DNA of 64,000 nt from Deltaproteobacteria bacterium (GCA_040218735.1 JAVJQW010000062.1:128001-192000), one strand, 5' to 3'; counted from the first letter of the stretch, positions 37,796 to 48,216 are shown. Translations and numbers: made by a program. Notes: a model not told the origin generated them from the letters alone.

Positions 37796-40700
37796 TCAGG
37801 GCGCCGGCGTCTGCAGCTGGAGCGTCAGGAAGTACGCTCGAATCCCGGCGTCCGCGAAGCCCTGCACACGGACGTAGTACGTCGCGCCCGTGGCGCCACC
37901 CGAGACGTTCGCGCCCACGGCCGAGCACCAGATGTCGTTCGCGAGATCGGCGTCGTCGTTGTACGCGACCTCCAACGTCCCCGGCTGCGAAGCCTCCAGG
38001 CCCGCCTGCTCGATGAACACCCGCGTGTCGGCCACGGAGTTCTGCGCCCCACACTGCGTCGGCGTCGTGCGGACGTCGTGCGTCCGAGCGATCAGGACCA
38101 GGTCCTGGTTCGCGGGCACCGTCACCGCCCACACGTCGTCGTCGCCGGAGGGGTTCAACCGCCCCTGCAACGTCACGGTCCCCACGCCGCTCAGCCCCGA
38201 GACCTGCGCCGACGCCTGCGCGTCGTTCGGCTCGGTGTCGAAGATCGGCGCGGTGCCGGCGATCGCCACGCTCTCGAAGCGCACCTCGTACCCGGCGATC
38301 GTCTGGCCGCTGAACTCGAAGACCTGCGCGTAGTACGTACCCGGCGCGAGGCGCAAGCCAGCTTGCAGCTCGTCCATGCGCGAGCAGGAGCCGGTGCCAC
38401 CCTCGTCGTCGAACCCGAGGACGTTCTGGTTCGCGTCGCGGAGCACGAGGAACGTGTCCTCGTTGCAACCCGCGGCCACGGTCGGCGCAAACGTCTCGAC
38501 GCGAACGAACGTCTCGGTCGTCACGGTGATCTGGAACGTGTCGAGCTCGCCGAGCGTACCGAGCGCCGACGACACCACGATTGGCGAGGCCGACGGGAGC
38601 GTCACGGTCTGGACGACCTCGAGCTGGCAAGTCGCGTTGCAGCCATCGTTGGCGTTGGTGTTGCCGTCGTCGCACTGCTCACCGGCGTTGGTCTCGAAGA
38701 CGCTATTGCCGCAGATCGCGTTGGAGATGGACACCGTCAGCTGGACGTTGCCCGTACCCGACTCCGCGAACACGACGAGGTAGTACGTCCCGGCCTCGAG
38801 GTTCACGTTGAACTGATCCGTCGGCACGATCAGCGAGGCGCAGGCCCCCGCGGTGCCGACCGGACCGCCGTCGGCCTTGCCGCCGATCCCGAGGAGCTGG
38901 TCGTTCGCGAGGTTGATCGCCGTGTCGACCGTGTTGCACGTCGTGCCGCCGACGTCGGCGGCGACCGCCGCGATCGACTGACCGGCGGCGACGTTCACCT
39001 GCACGACCTGGAAGTCGGTCCCGGCCGGGAAGTTGAGCGACACCGTGCCACCCGTGCCGCTGAGGACCGTCGGGTGGATTTCGATCTGGCAAGCTGCGTT
39101 GCAGCCGTCGCCGGCCGTCGTGTTGCCGCCGTCGCACTGCTCGTTGGCGTTCGACTCGATGATGTCGTTACCGCAGGCGGCCGCGCCCACGGTGACGTCG
39201 AGCTCGTAGTTGCCCGTCCCCGTCGCCGTGCTGTGGCGGACCACGACGAAGTACGTCCCCGCGAGGAGGTCACTCGCGCCGGCGTCGTTCGTCGGCGAGA
39301 TCAGCGAGCAGTTGCCGGTGCCGTCGTTGTCGTCGGAGGCGATCACGGTCCCGCCGGGGCCCGCGAGGAACAGCACGGTGTCGGTGGCGCAGCCGCCCAT
39401 CCCGTCGCTGGTCTGCGCGGTGACGTTGCCGCCCATCGGCACGTCGATCGTGAAGAAGTCCAGGTCGTCCGCCGTCAGCGTACCCGCGATGCCGCCCACC
39501 ATCGGGAACATGTTCGCGGTGCCGAAGTCGTCGTTCGGCTCCGTCTCCGTGTTCGGCATCTGCACGTTCACGGTGACGGTCTGCGTCGGGCTCAGCGTAC
39601 CCGCCGCCGACATCGCGTTCAGCTGGAACGTCGAGGTCTGCGCGACCTGCACCTGAATCGAACCGTTCGAGGTCTGCGTCCCGGCGGTGGAGGTCACCGT
39701 CGGGAAGTTGCCGACCGCCGCGCCGTCGAGCGTGAGGCCGAGGCTGCTGACGTTCGCGACGTCCCAGGTCACCGTCACCAGGCCCGCGGCCGCGAGCGTC
39801 GTCGGCGTGACCGTGAACGTGTTCACCACCGGCGCCGCGTGCACGAAGATGTCGACGGTCGCCGTCGCCGGGTTGTTGCCCATCAGCGTGGCTTCGATCG
39901 TGTAGGTCGTGTCCGCGGTCGGCGTGACGGTCGTGGAGCCGCTCGCTACATTCGTCGTCTCGGTCGCGACCACCGTCGCGCCGTCGAGGATGCGCACCTG
40001 ATCCGCGTTCACCGTCGTCCAGCTGAGCGTCGTCGTGCCGCCGGCCGCAACGACGACCGGGTTGGCGGTGAACGTCGAGACCACCGGCTGACCGGGGGCG
40101 ACCACGGTGACCATGACCGACGCCATGTCGTCGCCGTTGGCGGCGTTCTTCGCGACGAGCTGGTAGGTCGTCGTCGCGGCGGGCGTGACCATGAAGGTGC
40201 CCATCGCCATGTTCGACGAGGTGACGACGTTGCCGGACTCGATGATGTCGATCCCCTCCGGTGCGTTGTTCACGTTCCACGCGAGGGTCGTCGTGCCGCC
40301 CTGGTTCACCATCTGAGGCGTCGCCGTGAAGCTCACGACCTGCGCGCCCATCGCGGCGTTCACGGTGACCGTGGTCATCGCGGTCGCCATCGCGCCGTTC
40401 GCGTCCGACGCGGTGAGTGTGTACGTCTCGGTCTGCGCGGGCGTGACGGACACCGTGCCCATCAGGTTCGCGACCGTCGTGACGACGGTGCCGCTGCTGT
40501 CGGCGATCGTCACCGAGGTCGCGTCACGCACGGTCCACCCGAGCGTCGAGCTCCCGCCCGTGGGGATCGTCGCGGGGGTCGCGGCGAAGCTGTCGATCGT
40601 GGGCTGCGTCGCACCGCCGACCGTGACGGTCACCGTCTGCATCGCGGTGCGCGCCATCGCGTCGCCGACGAGCAACGTGTACGTCGTCGTCGCGTCGACC

Positions 40701-41221
40701 TGGAGGCTCACGCTCCCGGAGTCGACGGCCGTCGCGTCCGCGTTGTGGACCGACGTGTTGTTCGCGAGGATCTGCAGCGTGTTGCCGCCCGTGGTCTGCC
40801 ACGACAGCGTCGCCATCCCCGCCGCGTTCAGCGTCATCGGGTTCGCCGTGAACGACGTGATGGTCGGTCCGTTGCCGCCGCCCCCGACGGTGACGGTCGC
40901 CATCATCGTAGAGAGGCCGCCTTCGTTCGCGGCGGACAGCACGAATACGGTGGTGGCCGCGAGCGTCGGGCTCACTACGGAGCCGGACTGGTTCGCGGTC
41001 GCGGGGAGGACGTTGGTGCCGTCCTCGGTGTCGATCTGCACAGAGCGTGCGCCGGTGACCTCCCAACGGAGCATCGTGGTCCCACCCGCTGCGACGTCGA
41101 TCGGCGTCGCGGTGAAGGCCACGATCACCGGCCGCTCGATGGTCTGACGTTCTCCACCGGAGCAGGCCAGCGCCAATGTGCAGCCGAGGAGGAGGGATGC
41201 GTTACGTGTCGTCGTGTTCAT
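37796..41221 (-). CDS. Large surface lipoprotein: six Ig-like repeats, PPC-like domains and Myxococcus cysteine-rich repeats
   Basis: Lipobox LALAC; six P.I..F.A.P....GG...L.W repeats; (E/D)TEPND motifs; two CGN...EQCD.GN....DGC...C repeats. Confidence 0.85.
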   Translation of the reverse strand: MNTTTRNASLLLGCTLALACSGGERQTIERPVIVAFTATPIDVAAGGTTMLRWEVTGARSVQIDTEDGTNVLPATANQSGSVVSPTLAATTVFVLSAANEGGLSTMMATVTVGGGGNGPTITSFTANPMTLNAAGMATLSWQTTGGNTLQILANNTSVHNADATAVDSGSVSLQVDATTTYTLLVGDAMARTAMQTVTVTVGGATQPTIDSFAATPATIPTGGSSTLGWTVRDATSVTIADSSGTVVTTVANLMGTVSVTPAQTETYTLTASDANGAMATAMTTVTVNAAMGAQVVSFTATPQMVNQGGTTTLAWNVNNAPEGIDIIESGNVVTSSNMAMGTFMVTPAATTTYQLVAKNAANGDDMASVMVTVVAPGQPVVSTFTANPVVVAAGGTTTLSWTTVNADQVRILDGATVVATETTNVASGSTTVTPTADTTYTIEATLMGNNPATATVDIFVHAAPVVNTFTVTPTTLAAAGLVTVTWDVANVSSLGLTLDGAAVGNFPTVTSTAGTQTSNGSIQVQVAQTSTFQLNAMSAAGTLSPTQTVTVNVQMPNTETEPNDDFGTANMFPMVGGIAGTLTADDLDFFTIDVPMGGNVTAQTSDGMGGCATDTVLFLAGPGGTVIASDDNDGTGNCSLISPTNDAGASDLLAGTYFVVVRHSTATGTGNYELDVTVGAAACGNDIIESNANEQCDGGNTTAGDGCNAACQIEIHPTVLSGTGGTVSLNFPAGTDFQVVQVNVAAGQSIAAVAADVGGTTCNTVDTAINLANDQLLGIGGKADGGPVGTAGACASLIVPTDQFNVNLEAGTYYLVVFAESGTGNVQLTVSISNAICGNSVFETNAGEQCDDGNTNANDGCNATCQLEVVQTVTLPSASPIVVSSALGTLGELDTFQITVTTETFVRVETFAPTVAAGCNEDTFLVLRDANQNVLGFDDEGGTGSCSRMDELQAGLRLAPGTYYAQVFEFSGQTIAGYEVRFESVAIAGTAPIFDTEPNDAQASAQVSGLSGVGTVTLQGRLNPSGDDDVWAVTVPANQDLVLIARTHDVRTTPTQCGAQNSVADTRVFIEQAGLEASQPGTLEVAYNDDADLANDIWCSAVGANVSGGATGATYYVRVQGFADAGIRAYFLTLQLQTPAP

Positions 41222-41359
41222 TCTCGGTACAACCCCTTCGAAGCGGTCGCGATACGCCACGTATCAAGCGTCGACAACCGACCTTGTACGGACCGGCGAT
41301 GTGCGGGTGTGGCGACCGTCATGGTTTCGTGCTCAACTCGACGTCCCGAGTCGCGCACG

Positions 41360-41680
41360 ATGGAACCCGACGAAATCATCGTGGTTTTGGTCACGGCGCC
41401 GCCCGACGAGGCGAGTCGGATCGCCCGTGATCTGGTCACCGAACGCGCCTGCGCGTGTGTGAACGTGATCGCCGACATTCGCTCGATCTACCGATGGGAG
41501 GGCGAAGTTCAGGAGGATTCAGAGTCCCTCCTGGTCCTGAAGACGACCCGCGGGGGGTTCGACACCCTGCGCAGCGCGGTCGAGCGACTCCACCCGTACG
41601 ACGTTCCGGAGATCCTCGCGCTGCCCACGGCCACCGCGAACGACGCCTACGCGAAGTGGGTGCGGGAGATGATCGCGTGA
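41360..41680 (+). CDS. cutA: Divalent-cation tolerance protein CutA
   Basis: LVTERACACVN, SIYRWEG, LKTT, HPYDVPEI, YAKW. Confidence 0.95.
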   Translation: MEPDEIIVVLVTAPPDEASRIARDLVTERACACVNVIADIRSIYRWEGEVQEDSESLLVLKTTRGGFDTLRSAVERLHPYDVPEILALPTATANDAYAKWVREMIA

Positions 41681-42978
41681 GGCGTCTCTTGATCGTCGCG
41701 GGCGACCGCGAGCTCACACGCTTCATCGCCGAGGCGATGCTCGGACGATCCGCGTCGGAGCCACCGCGCCCCGACGACACCTGGGACGTCGCGCGCGCGC
41801 ACACCGGGCTCGAAGGTCTGACGCTCGTCGAGTACGGCGGCCGGCCGTTCGACTGCGTGCTGCTCGGGACCGGCCTCCCCGACCAGGAGGTCCTCGACGT
41901 CGTCGCGAAGATGCGCGCGCTCGACGTCACGAAGGACGTCCCGATGTTCCTGATCGTCGAGCGCGGGCGCGACATGCACTCGCGTCGCATCGCGACCGAG
42001 CGTCACCAGGTGGCGGGTTTCTTGGAGAAGCCGGTGACGGCGGACGCGCTGCGCCAGACCTTCGAGGGGCTCGAGCGCAAGCGCCGCATCCTCCTCGTGG
42101 AGAGTCGCGAGGACACCTCCGAGCGCTACACCGAGTCGCTGAAGAACGCCGGCTACGCGGTCGAAGCGGTAGCGACGGGGCGCGCGGCGCTCGACCGCGT
42201 TCCGCGCCTGGCGCCCGACCTCGTCGTCGCGGCGCTGACCCTCGATGACGCCCGCGGCGTCGATGTCTGCGTGGACCTCAAGAAGGCCGCGACGAAGGCG
42301 CCGGTGCGCGTGGTCCTCTACGGCCAGGTCTCGGCGCTCGCGAACACGGAGATCTCGGAGAACGCGCACCGCGCCGACGACTTCGTGCAGGCGCCGTTCG
42401 ACGACGAGCTCCTCGTCGAGCGCGTGGGCATGCTGATAGGGCGCGGCGGCAAGGAGAAGCCGCGGACGCGTCGGCGCAGCGTTCGGGGCATCGACATCGA
42501 CCTCGACCGCACGGAGGACAAGACGGAGCAAGGGATGTACGCGGTGGAGGGCACCTCGCCCGGCGACCGCGAGTCCCCGAGTGAGCCGAAGTCCCCGGGT
42601 GCGCCGCCGCCTTCGGCCTCGCCCGCGCCGAGCGGACCGGCCCGGCGTTCGACGCGGCGGGTGCCGTGCAACATCTCGATGCGCGTCGTGGGCGGCGGGC
42701 GCACGCACACGTCGAAGACGCTCGACATCTCCCACGGCGGGATCTTCCTCGCGACGGAGGAGACGCTGGAGATCGGCACGCGCCTGGAGATGACGTTTCA
42801 GATCCCCGGCTCCGAGCACGTGGTGGAAGCGGTCGGCAAGGTCGCGTGGAAGAGCGGTGGGGACAACGACGGGCGCGCGGGCGTCGGTGTGAAGTTCTCG
42901 CGGATCGATCCCAAGGACCTGAAGCTGATCGTCGACTACGTGAACCGCGTCTCGCGCGTGGTCTACTCGGCGACGTGA
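41677..42978 (+). CDS. Tandem (pseudo)receiver domains plus PilZ domain protein
   Basis: Two REC-like folds and a C-terminal PilZ with RRSTRR and DISHGG. The GTG overlaps the cutA stop. Confidence 0.85.
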   Translation: MRRLLIVAGDRELTRFIAEAMLGRSASEPPRPDDTWDVARAHTGLEGLTLVEYGGRPFDCVLLGTGLPDQEVLDVVAKMRALDVTKDVPMFLIVERGRDMHSRRIATERHQVAGFLEKPVTADALRQTFEGLERKRRILLVESREDTSERYTESLKNAGYAVEAVATGRAALDRVPRLAPDLVVAALTLDDARGVDVCVDLKKAATKAPVRVVLYGQVSALANTEISENAHRADDFVQAPFDDELLVERVGMLIGRGGKEKPRTRRRSVRGIDIDLDRTEDKTEQGMYAVEGTSPGDRESPSEPKSPGAPPPSASPAPSGPARRSTRRVPCNISMRVVGGGRTHTSKTLDISHGGIFLATEETLEIGTRLEMTFQIPGSEHVVEAVGKVAWKSGGDNDGRAGVGVKFSRIDPKDLKLIVDYVNRVSRVVYSAT

Positions 42979-43739
42979 TGATGCGCGTGCTCTGGGCGCC
43001 GCTCGTACTGGCGCTGCTCACCGGATGCCCGAAGTCGACGTCGTCGACCGACGCGACCGAAGGCTGGGTGCGCGTGAAGGACGGCGTGTTCCGCAACGGC
43101 GACGCGTACGTCTACGTGTTCGCGGGGGCGCGCGACTTGGAGAAGAGCCTCCCGGGCGTCGCGTTCGGCGACGCGAGCGGTCCGGCCTTCGGGCTCCTCG
43201 GCGGCTACTACGCGCCGTGGATCCTCGCGCCCGATTCGGCGGTGACCTACGCGCCCGAGGTGAAGACCGGCGAGGTCCTCGAGGTGCGCCTCGCGGGTCC
43301 CGAGCACGGGCTCGCGGTCGACGTTGCGTTGACGCCGCGGCGGATCCTCGAAGCGCGCATCATCGGCAGCGCGGTGCTCGCGCCGCGCGCCGATCGCACC
43401 GAGATCCAGGGCTTCCTCGACGACCGCCCGTCGTTCCTCACGGAGGTGAGCGCGGGCGACGAGGTGGAGCTGCTCGAGCCGCGCGCGGACGTCATCGAGA
43501 TCGTCCCACGCGGTGAGGAGCGGTGGCGCGTCGCGACTGCTTGCACGCGGGCGCGGGTGTGGCGACCGCGTCCGACGGGGTCGACGAGTGTGTTCCTCGT
43601 GGCGGTGGGGCCCGACCCGCTGTTGTTCGACGCGGTGTACACAGCCGAAGGGGCGACGAAGCGGCACCCGGACTTCGACGCATGCGGTCGAAGCGCGACG
43701 AGCACGGTTACGTTTGCGCGGGCGTCCGGGGGGCGATAA
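42978..43739 (+). CDS. Hypothetical lipoprotein
   Basis: MMRVLWAPLVLALLTGC lipobox; coupled to the upstream stop. Confidence 0.7.
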   Translation: MMRVLWAPLVLALLTGCPKSTSSTDATEGWVRVKDGVFRNGDAYVYVFAGARDLEKSLPGVAFGDASGPAFGLLGGYYAPWILAPDSAVTYAPEVKTGEVLEVRLAGPEHGLAVDVALTPRRILEARIIGSAVLAPRADRTEIQGFLDDRPSFLTEVSAGDEVELLEPRADVIEIVPRGEERWRVATACTRARVWRPRPTGSTSVFLVAVGPDPLLFDAVYTAEGATKRHPDFDACGRSATSTVTFARASGGR

Positions 43740-43748
43740 GCCAGTCGC

Positions 43749-44918
43749 ATGTTCGAAGGCGCGAAGCAGATCTTCACGGACCAACTGAAAGAGATCGAAG
43801 ACGCGGGGCTCACGAAGAACGAGCGCGTCATCGGGTCGCCGCAGGGCGCGGGCATCGAGGCCGAGCCGGGCGGGAACGTCCTCAACTTCTGCGCGAACAA
43901 CTACCTCGGCCTGGCGAACCACGAGGTGCTCGTCGCGGCGGCGAAGCAGGCGCTCGACGACTACGGGTACGGCCTGTCCTCGGTGCGATTCATCTGCGGG
44001 ACGCAGAAGCTCCACAAGGCGCTCGAAGCGAAGGTCGCGACGTTCCTCGGCACGGACGACACCATCCTCTACTCGAGCTGCTTCGACGCCAACGGCGGCC
44101 TCTTCGAGACGCTCCTCACCGCCGAGGACGCGATCATCTCGGACGCGCTCAACCACGCGTCGATCATCGACGGCATCCGCCTCTGCAAGGCCGAGCGCCA
44201 CCGCTACGCCAACGGCGACATGGCCGAGCTCGAGGAGAAGCTGAAGGCGACGCAGGACAAACGCATCCGCCTCATCGCCACCGACGGCGTCTTCTCGATG
44301 GACGGCACGTACGCGAAGCTCGATCGCATCTGCGACCTCGCGGATCAGTACAACGCGATGGTCATGGTCGACGACAGCCACGCGACCGGCTTCGTCGGCA
44401 AGACGGGCCGCGGCACCCCGGAGCTGTTCGGCGTGCAAGGCCGCGTCGACGTCATCACGTCGACGCTCGGCAAGGCCCTCGGCGGCGCGTCGGGCGGGTT
44501 CACGACGGGGCGCAAGGAGATCATCGCCCTCCTCCGCCAGCGCTCACGCCCGTACCTGTTCTCGAACACGCTGGCGCCGCCGATCGCCGGCGCGTCGATC
44601 GCCTGCCTCGACATGCTGAGCGAAACGACCGAGCGACGCGATCGCCTGGAGTCGAACACCGCCTACTTCCGCGAGAAGATGGGATCGCTCGGGTTCGACA
44701 TCCCTGAGGGCACGCACCCGATCGTCCCGGTGATGATCGGCGACGCCCGCAAGGCCGCCGAGATGGCGGACAAGCTGCTGGCCGAGGGCATCTACGTGAT
44801 CGGGTTCTCGTACCCCGTGGTCCCGAAGGGGACCGCGCGGATCCGCGTGCAGATCTCCGCGGCGCACTCGACGGGGGATCTGGATACCGCGATCGCGGCG
44901 TTCGAGAAGGTGAGGTGA
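43749..44918 (+). CDS. kbl: Glycine C-acetyltransferase (2-amino-3-ketobutyrate CoA ligase)
   Basis: [54 protein letters not shown]. Confidence 0.97.
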   Translation: MFEGAKQIFTDQLKEIEDAGLTKNERVIGSPQGAGIEAEPGGNVLNFCANNYLGLANHEVLVAAAKQALDDYGYGLSSVRFICGTQKLHKALEAKVATFLGTDDTILYSSCFDANGGLFETLLTAEDAIISDALNHASIIDGIRLCKAERHRYANGDMAELEEKLKATQDKRIRLIATDGVFSMDGTYAKLDRICDLADQYNAMVMVDDSHATGFVGKTGRGTPELFGVQGRVDVITSTLGKALGGASGGFTTGRKEIIALLRQRSRPYLFSNTLAPPIAGASIACLDMLSETTERRDRLESNTAYFREKMGSLGFDIPEGTHPIVPVMIGDARKAAEMADKLLAEGIYVIGFSYPVVPKGTARIRVQISAAHSTGDLDTAIAAFEKVR

Positions 44919-44935
44919 AGAGCAGGCGGCCGCCG

Positions 44936-45127
44936 CCTCAGAACCCTTGAACTTGAACTTGCCCTTTCCCTTGCCCTCTCGCAGGGAAAGGGACGGGCAA
45001 CTCAAGTGTGCCCGTGGGCTACGTGCGAATCCCTGAATCCTTGCCCAGGCTCTTCACGCGGCGCCAGGAATCGCGGCCGTGCTCGAGGGCAAGGGCAAGT
45101 TCAAGTTCAAGTTCAAGGGTTCTGAGG
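44936..45127. repeat. Structured inverted-repeat element, copy 1 (MITE/REP-like or ncRNA)
   Basis: Arms CCTCAGAACCCTTGAACTTGAACTTG / CAAGTTCAAGTTCAAGGGTTCTGAGG, internal hairpins, and homology to 54673-54879. Confidence 0.85.
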
Positions 45128-45148
45128 GCGATCGTGCCCCCCCCCACG

Positions 45149-45181
45149 AGAAAGGGCCCGCGTCGTCGCCGACGCGAGCCC
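45149..45181 (-). terminator. Intrinsic terminator of the 45210-46232 gene
   Basis: Minus strand GGGCTCGCGTCG-GCGA-CGACGCGGGCCC followed by TTTCT. Confidence 0.7.
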
Positions 45182-45209
45182 TCGGTAGCTCGTTCGCTTG
45201 GTTGCGGGA

Positions 45210-46232
45210 CTAGCCGCCGTAGACCTCGCCCGAGAGCGCGATCTCCTCCTCCGCCGTCCAGCTCAGATCGCCGCTGCCCGTACACGACACCATCGTAGGC
45301 GTGTACGAGCAGGACAGCTCGCCGTCGCGGCCGCGGATGCTCAGCATGCCGCTGCCGCCGCCGACGCCGTCCCAGTCCGCGGAGATCTCGTAGACGAAGC
45401 TGTACTCTTCGCCGTCCGGGGTGATCGCGTAGACGAGGTACTCGACGCTGCCGGAGCCCGCGTTGCCCATCGCCGCCGCTTCGACCTTCACGCCGCCCTT
45501 GAGGCTCGCGGAGCGCTGCGCGCCGTTCTCCTGCCAGGTGCCGTCGACCTCCCACGCCACGAGGACGCGCGCCGAGGCGTCGTTTTCGCCGTTGGCGTTG
45601 AGCTCGGCCTCCATCAGGAGCGTGCCGTCGAGGCAGGCCATCTCACCCTCGGTCTCGCAGACGTTCTGCAGCTCCTCGGTGATCTTGTAGTAGAGGCGGT
45701 TCTCGGAGAGCTCGACCTCCATCTCGACCTTCACGGTGCCGGTGACGCCGGCGCCGCAGTTGTCGAGGTTCATCTCGAACGATGCGCTCGCGCTCGCCGA
45801 GCCGCCGCCGAGCAGGACGTCCACGCCCAGCTCCTGCGCGATCTCTTCACCCGCCGCCTGCGCCTCCGCGCCGCCGCACTCCTCGAACTCCGCCGTGCGC
45901 AGCGGCGCCGACTCGTTCTTGAAGAAGCGGTAGTAGTTCTGCTGCATCATCGGCATGTAGCGGTTCATCATGTTGACTTCGCCGAAGCCGCGAACCTTGC
46001 CGATCGCCGTGAGCCCCTGACCGGGCACACCACTCGCGCCGAGCGACCGCACCGAACCCGAAGCGCTCGCCTGGCTGCTCGCCGACATCACCGCGGTCTT
46101 GTCCGTCGTCGAACCCGACGGGTTCTCGAAGTCCTCGCGCACTTGATCGATGTCGGGGCCACCGCCGCAGGCGATCATGCCCACCGTCAGCGCCGCGCTC
46201 AGGCCCATCCAAGAAACCTTCTTCACAAACAT
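45210..46232 (-). CDS. Acidic hypothetical lipoprotein
   Basis: MFVKKVSWMGLSAALTVGMIAC lipobox, RBS GGAGGG, beta-rich acidic body. Confidence 0.8.
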   Translation of the reverse strand: MFVKKVSWMGLSAALTVGMIACGGGPDIDQVREDFENPSGSTTDKTAVMSASSQASASGSVRSLGASGVPGQGLTAIGKVRGFGEVNMMNRYMPMMQQNYYRFFKNESAPLRTAEFEECGGAEAQAAGEEIAQELGVDVLLGGGSASASASFEMNLDNCGAGVTGTVKVEMEVELSENRLYYKITEELQNVCETEGEMACLDGTLLMEAELNANGENDASARVLVAWEVDGTWQENGAQRSASLKGGVKVEAAAMGNAGSGSVEYLVYAITPDGEEYSFVYEISADWDGVGGGSGMLSIRGRDGELSCSYTPTMVSCTGSGDLSWTAEEEIALSGEVYGG

Positions 46233-46413
46233 TGCTCTCATTCCCTCCGAAGCCGCGTCTCGTGTCGTCGCGAGGCGTGGGCTCGATTCATTGCCGGGTG
46301 CCATCGGCAAGAGATTCGACCTCCTGCATAGCTCGAATCGGACATGTTTTGCACCGGCGTGACGGCGCGCATCGCACCCGACCTTCGCCGGGGTTGTGCT
46401 CCGCGCGCCTACC

Positions 46414-48216
46414 TCAAGGATCCGTATCCGCGGTGACCCGAAAGACCTCCTCGTAGGTCGTGATGCCCTGCGCGAGCTTCCGGATGGCGCCCTGCCGCAG
46501 CGGCGTCATCCCGTCCAACGTCGCGACCTTCGCGATCTCCTTGGCGTCCTTCTCCTCCGCGATCATGCGACGGATCTTCGGCGACACGTCGAGCATCTCG
46601 AAGATCCCGGTGCGCCCGTACAGTCCGGTGTTCCGACATCGCACACACCCCTCGCCGCGCTTCACCGGGAGCTTGCGCCCCTCGCCCGGCTCGATCGGGA
46701 TCCCCAGCGCCACGATCTGATCGTCGCTGAGGAACGACTCGACCGCGCACTCCTGACAGATCTTGCGCACCAACCGCTGCGCGAGGATCCCCGCCAACGT
46801 CGACCCCAACAAAAACGGCTCCACGCCGAGATCGATCAGACGCGACACACTCGTCGCCGTGTCGTTCGTGTGCAGCGTCGAGAACACCAAGTGCCCCGTC
46901 AACGACGCTTGCACTGTCATGTTCGCCGTCTCGTGGTCGCGGATCTCTCCCACCATCACGACGTCCGGGTCCTGGCGCAGGATCGTCCGCAGCGCACGCG
47001 CGAAGGTGACGTCGATCTTCGCCTGCACCGAGACCTGGTTGAGCGGCTCGTACACCATCTCGATCGGGTCCTCGACCGTCACGATGTTCACGTCCGGGCG
47101 CGCGAGGTGCTTCAGCGTCGAGTACAGCGTCGTCGTCTTGCCGCTGCCCGTCGGCCCCGTCACCAGCACCAACCCGTGCGGCCGCGTAATCCACGTCTCG
47201 TAGACCTCGCGCTCCTTCGTCGAGAAGCCGAGATCTACCACCTCCGCGAGGAGCACCTGCGGATCGAAGATACGCACGACGATCTTCTCGCCGAACGCCA
47301 CCGGCAACGACGACACACGCAGCTCGATCTCCCGCTCCCCGCGCTGCGTCTTGATGCGCCCGTCCTGCGGGCGCCGCTTCTCGGCGATGTCCATCCGCGC
47401 CAGGATCTTGATGCGCGCGATGAACGCCGGGTGCACCGCCGCCGGCACCTGACCGACGTCGTGGAGGATGCCGTCGATGCGCAGCCGCAGGTTGGAGTGC
47501 TCGCGCTTCGGCTCGATGTGGATGTCACTCGCGCGGTTGTCGAACGCGGAGTTCAGCAGGTACTCGACCGCCGCGACGATCTTCTGATCGCCCGGATCGA
47601 TCTCGTCCGAGCTGCGCACGCGCACGAGCTGCTCGAGGTTCTGCAGCTTCGCGCCCGTCGCGTCCTGCGCCGCGCCGGAGACCGCCTGCCTGAACCCGTA
47701 GACCTGCGTGATGATGTTGACGATGTCGCGCTTCGACGAGACGACCGCCGCGACTTCCCGTCGCTCCGCCCGCGCGAACTCTTCGAGCGCCTGCGTGTCG
47801 TAAGGATCGGCGAGCGCGACGGTGAGGCGCCCGTTCTTCTCCTCGAGCGGCAGCATCACGTGCCGCCGCGCGAACCCCTTCGGGAGGCTCTTGGTGACGA
47901 GCCCCATGTCGATCTCCAGGGGATCGATCTTCTTGTAGGGCATGCCGGTCGCCTGGGCGAGGAGCTGCGCGAGGATGTCTTCGTCGATGTTCCGCCCGGG
48001 CGCGTCCGGGTGCGGGAGCTTCGCCGTGTCGATCAGCTCCGTCGGCGCGACGTTGTAGTTCTTCTTGTTCTTGAGCCCCTGCGACCCGAACTTCGCGCGC
48101 AGGAACTTGGCGCGGAGCGTGTCCTCCTTCGCCAGCAGATCCCGCCGCTGCACGTCGTCGATCGCACCCGCCTCGACCAACATGCCGAGCAGCCGATCGT
48201 ACGTCAGGCGCCCCAT
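46414..48216 (-). CDS. GspE/PilB-family secretion/pilus assembly ATPase
   Basis: ASDIHIEP, DIAEKRRPQDG, GPTGSGKTT, EDPIE, LRQDPDVVMVGEIRD, GHLVFSTLHTN, CxxC...CxxC zinc site. Confidence 0.95.
   Translation of the reverse strand: MGRLTYDRLLGMLVEAGAIDDVQRRDLLAKEDTLRAKFLRAKFGSQGLKNKKNYNVAPTELIDTAKLPHPDAPGRNIDEDILAQLLAQATGMPYKKIDPLEIDMGLVTKSLPKGFARRHVMLPLEEKNGRLTVALADPYDTQALEEFARAERREVAAVVSSKRDIVNIITQVYGFRQAVSGAAQDATGAKLQNLEQLVRVRSSDEIDPGDQKIVAAVEYLLNSAFDNRASDIHIEPKREHSNLRLRIDGILHDVGQVPAAVHPAFIARIKILARMDIAEKRRPQDGRIKTQRGEREIELRVSSLPVAFGEKIVVRIFDPQVLLAEVVDLGFSTKEREVYETWITRPHGLVLVTGPTGSGKTTTLYSTLKHLARPDVNIVTVEDPIEMVYEPLNQVSVQAKIDVTFARALRTILRQDPDVVMVGEIRDHETANMTVQASLTGHLVFSTLHTNDTATSVSRLIDLGVEPFLLGSTLAGILAQRLVRKICQECAVESFLSDDQIVALGIPIEPGEGRKLPVKRGEGCVRCRNTGLYGRTGIFEMLDVSPKIRRMIAEEKDAKEIAKVATLDGMTPLRQGAIRKLAQGITTYEEVFRVTADTDP

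Noticed and set aside
44544-45005. ORFs encoding GKGKGKFKFKG / LELELELAL peptides (also 53453-54760, 54745-56268, 45019-45555)
   Set aside because: These are translations of the hexamer arms of the repeat element, not proteins.
44936-45127. CRISPR array interpretation of the CTTGAA repeats
   Set aside because: The repeats are contiguous hexamers in inverted arms with no unique spacers, and no cas genes are present.
45137-45145. Poly-C(9) tract as a phase-variation site
   Set aside because: It lies between a terminator and the repeat element, not in a CDS or promoter.
46286-46310. Possible sigma54 promoter TGGCAC-CCGGC-AATGA upstream of the 45210-46232 lipoprotein
   Set aside because: No GC at the -12 position with correct spacing; the sequence is also part of a small TTGCCG/CGGCAA palindrome.
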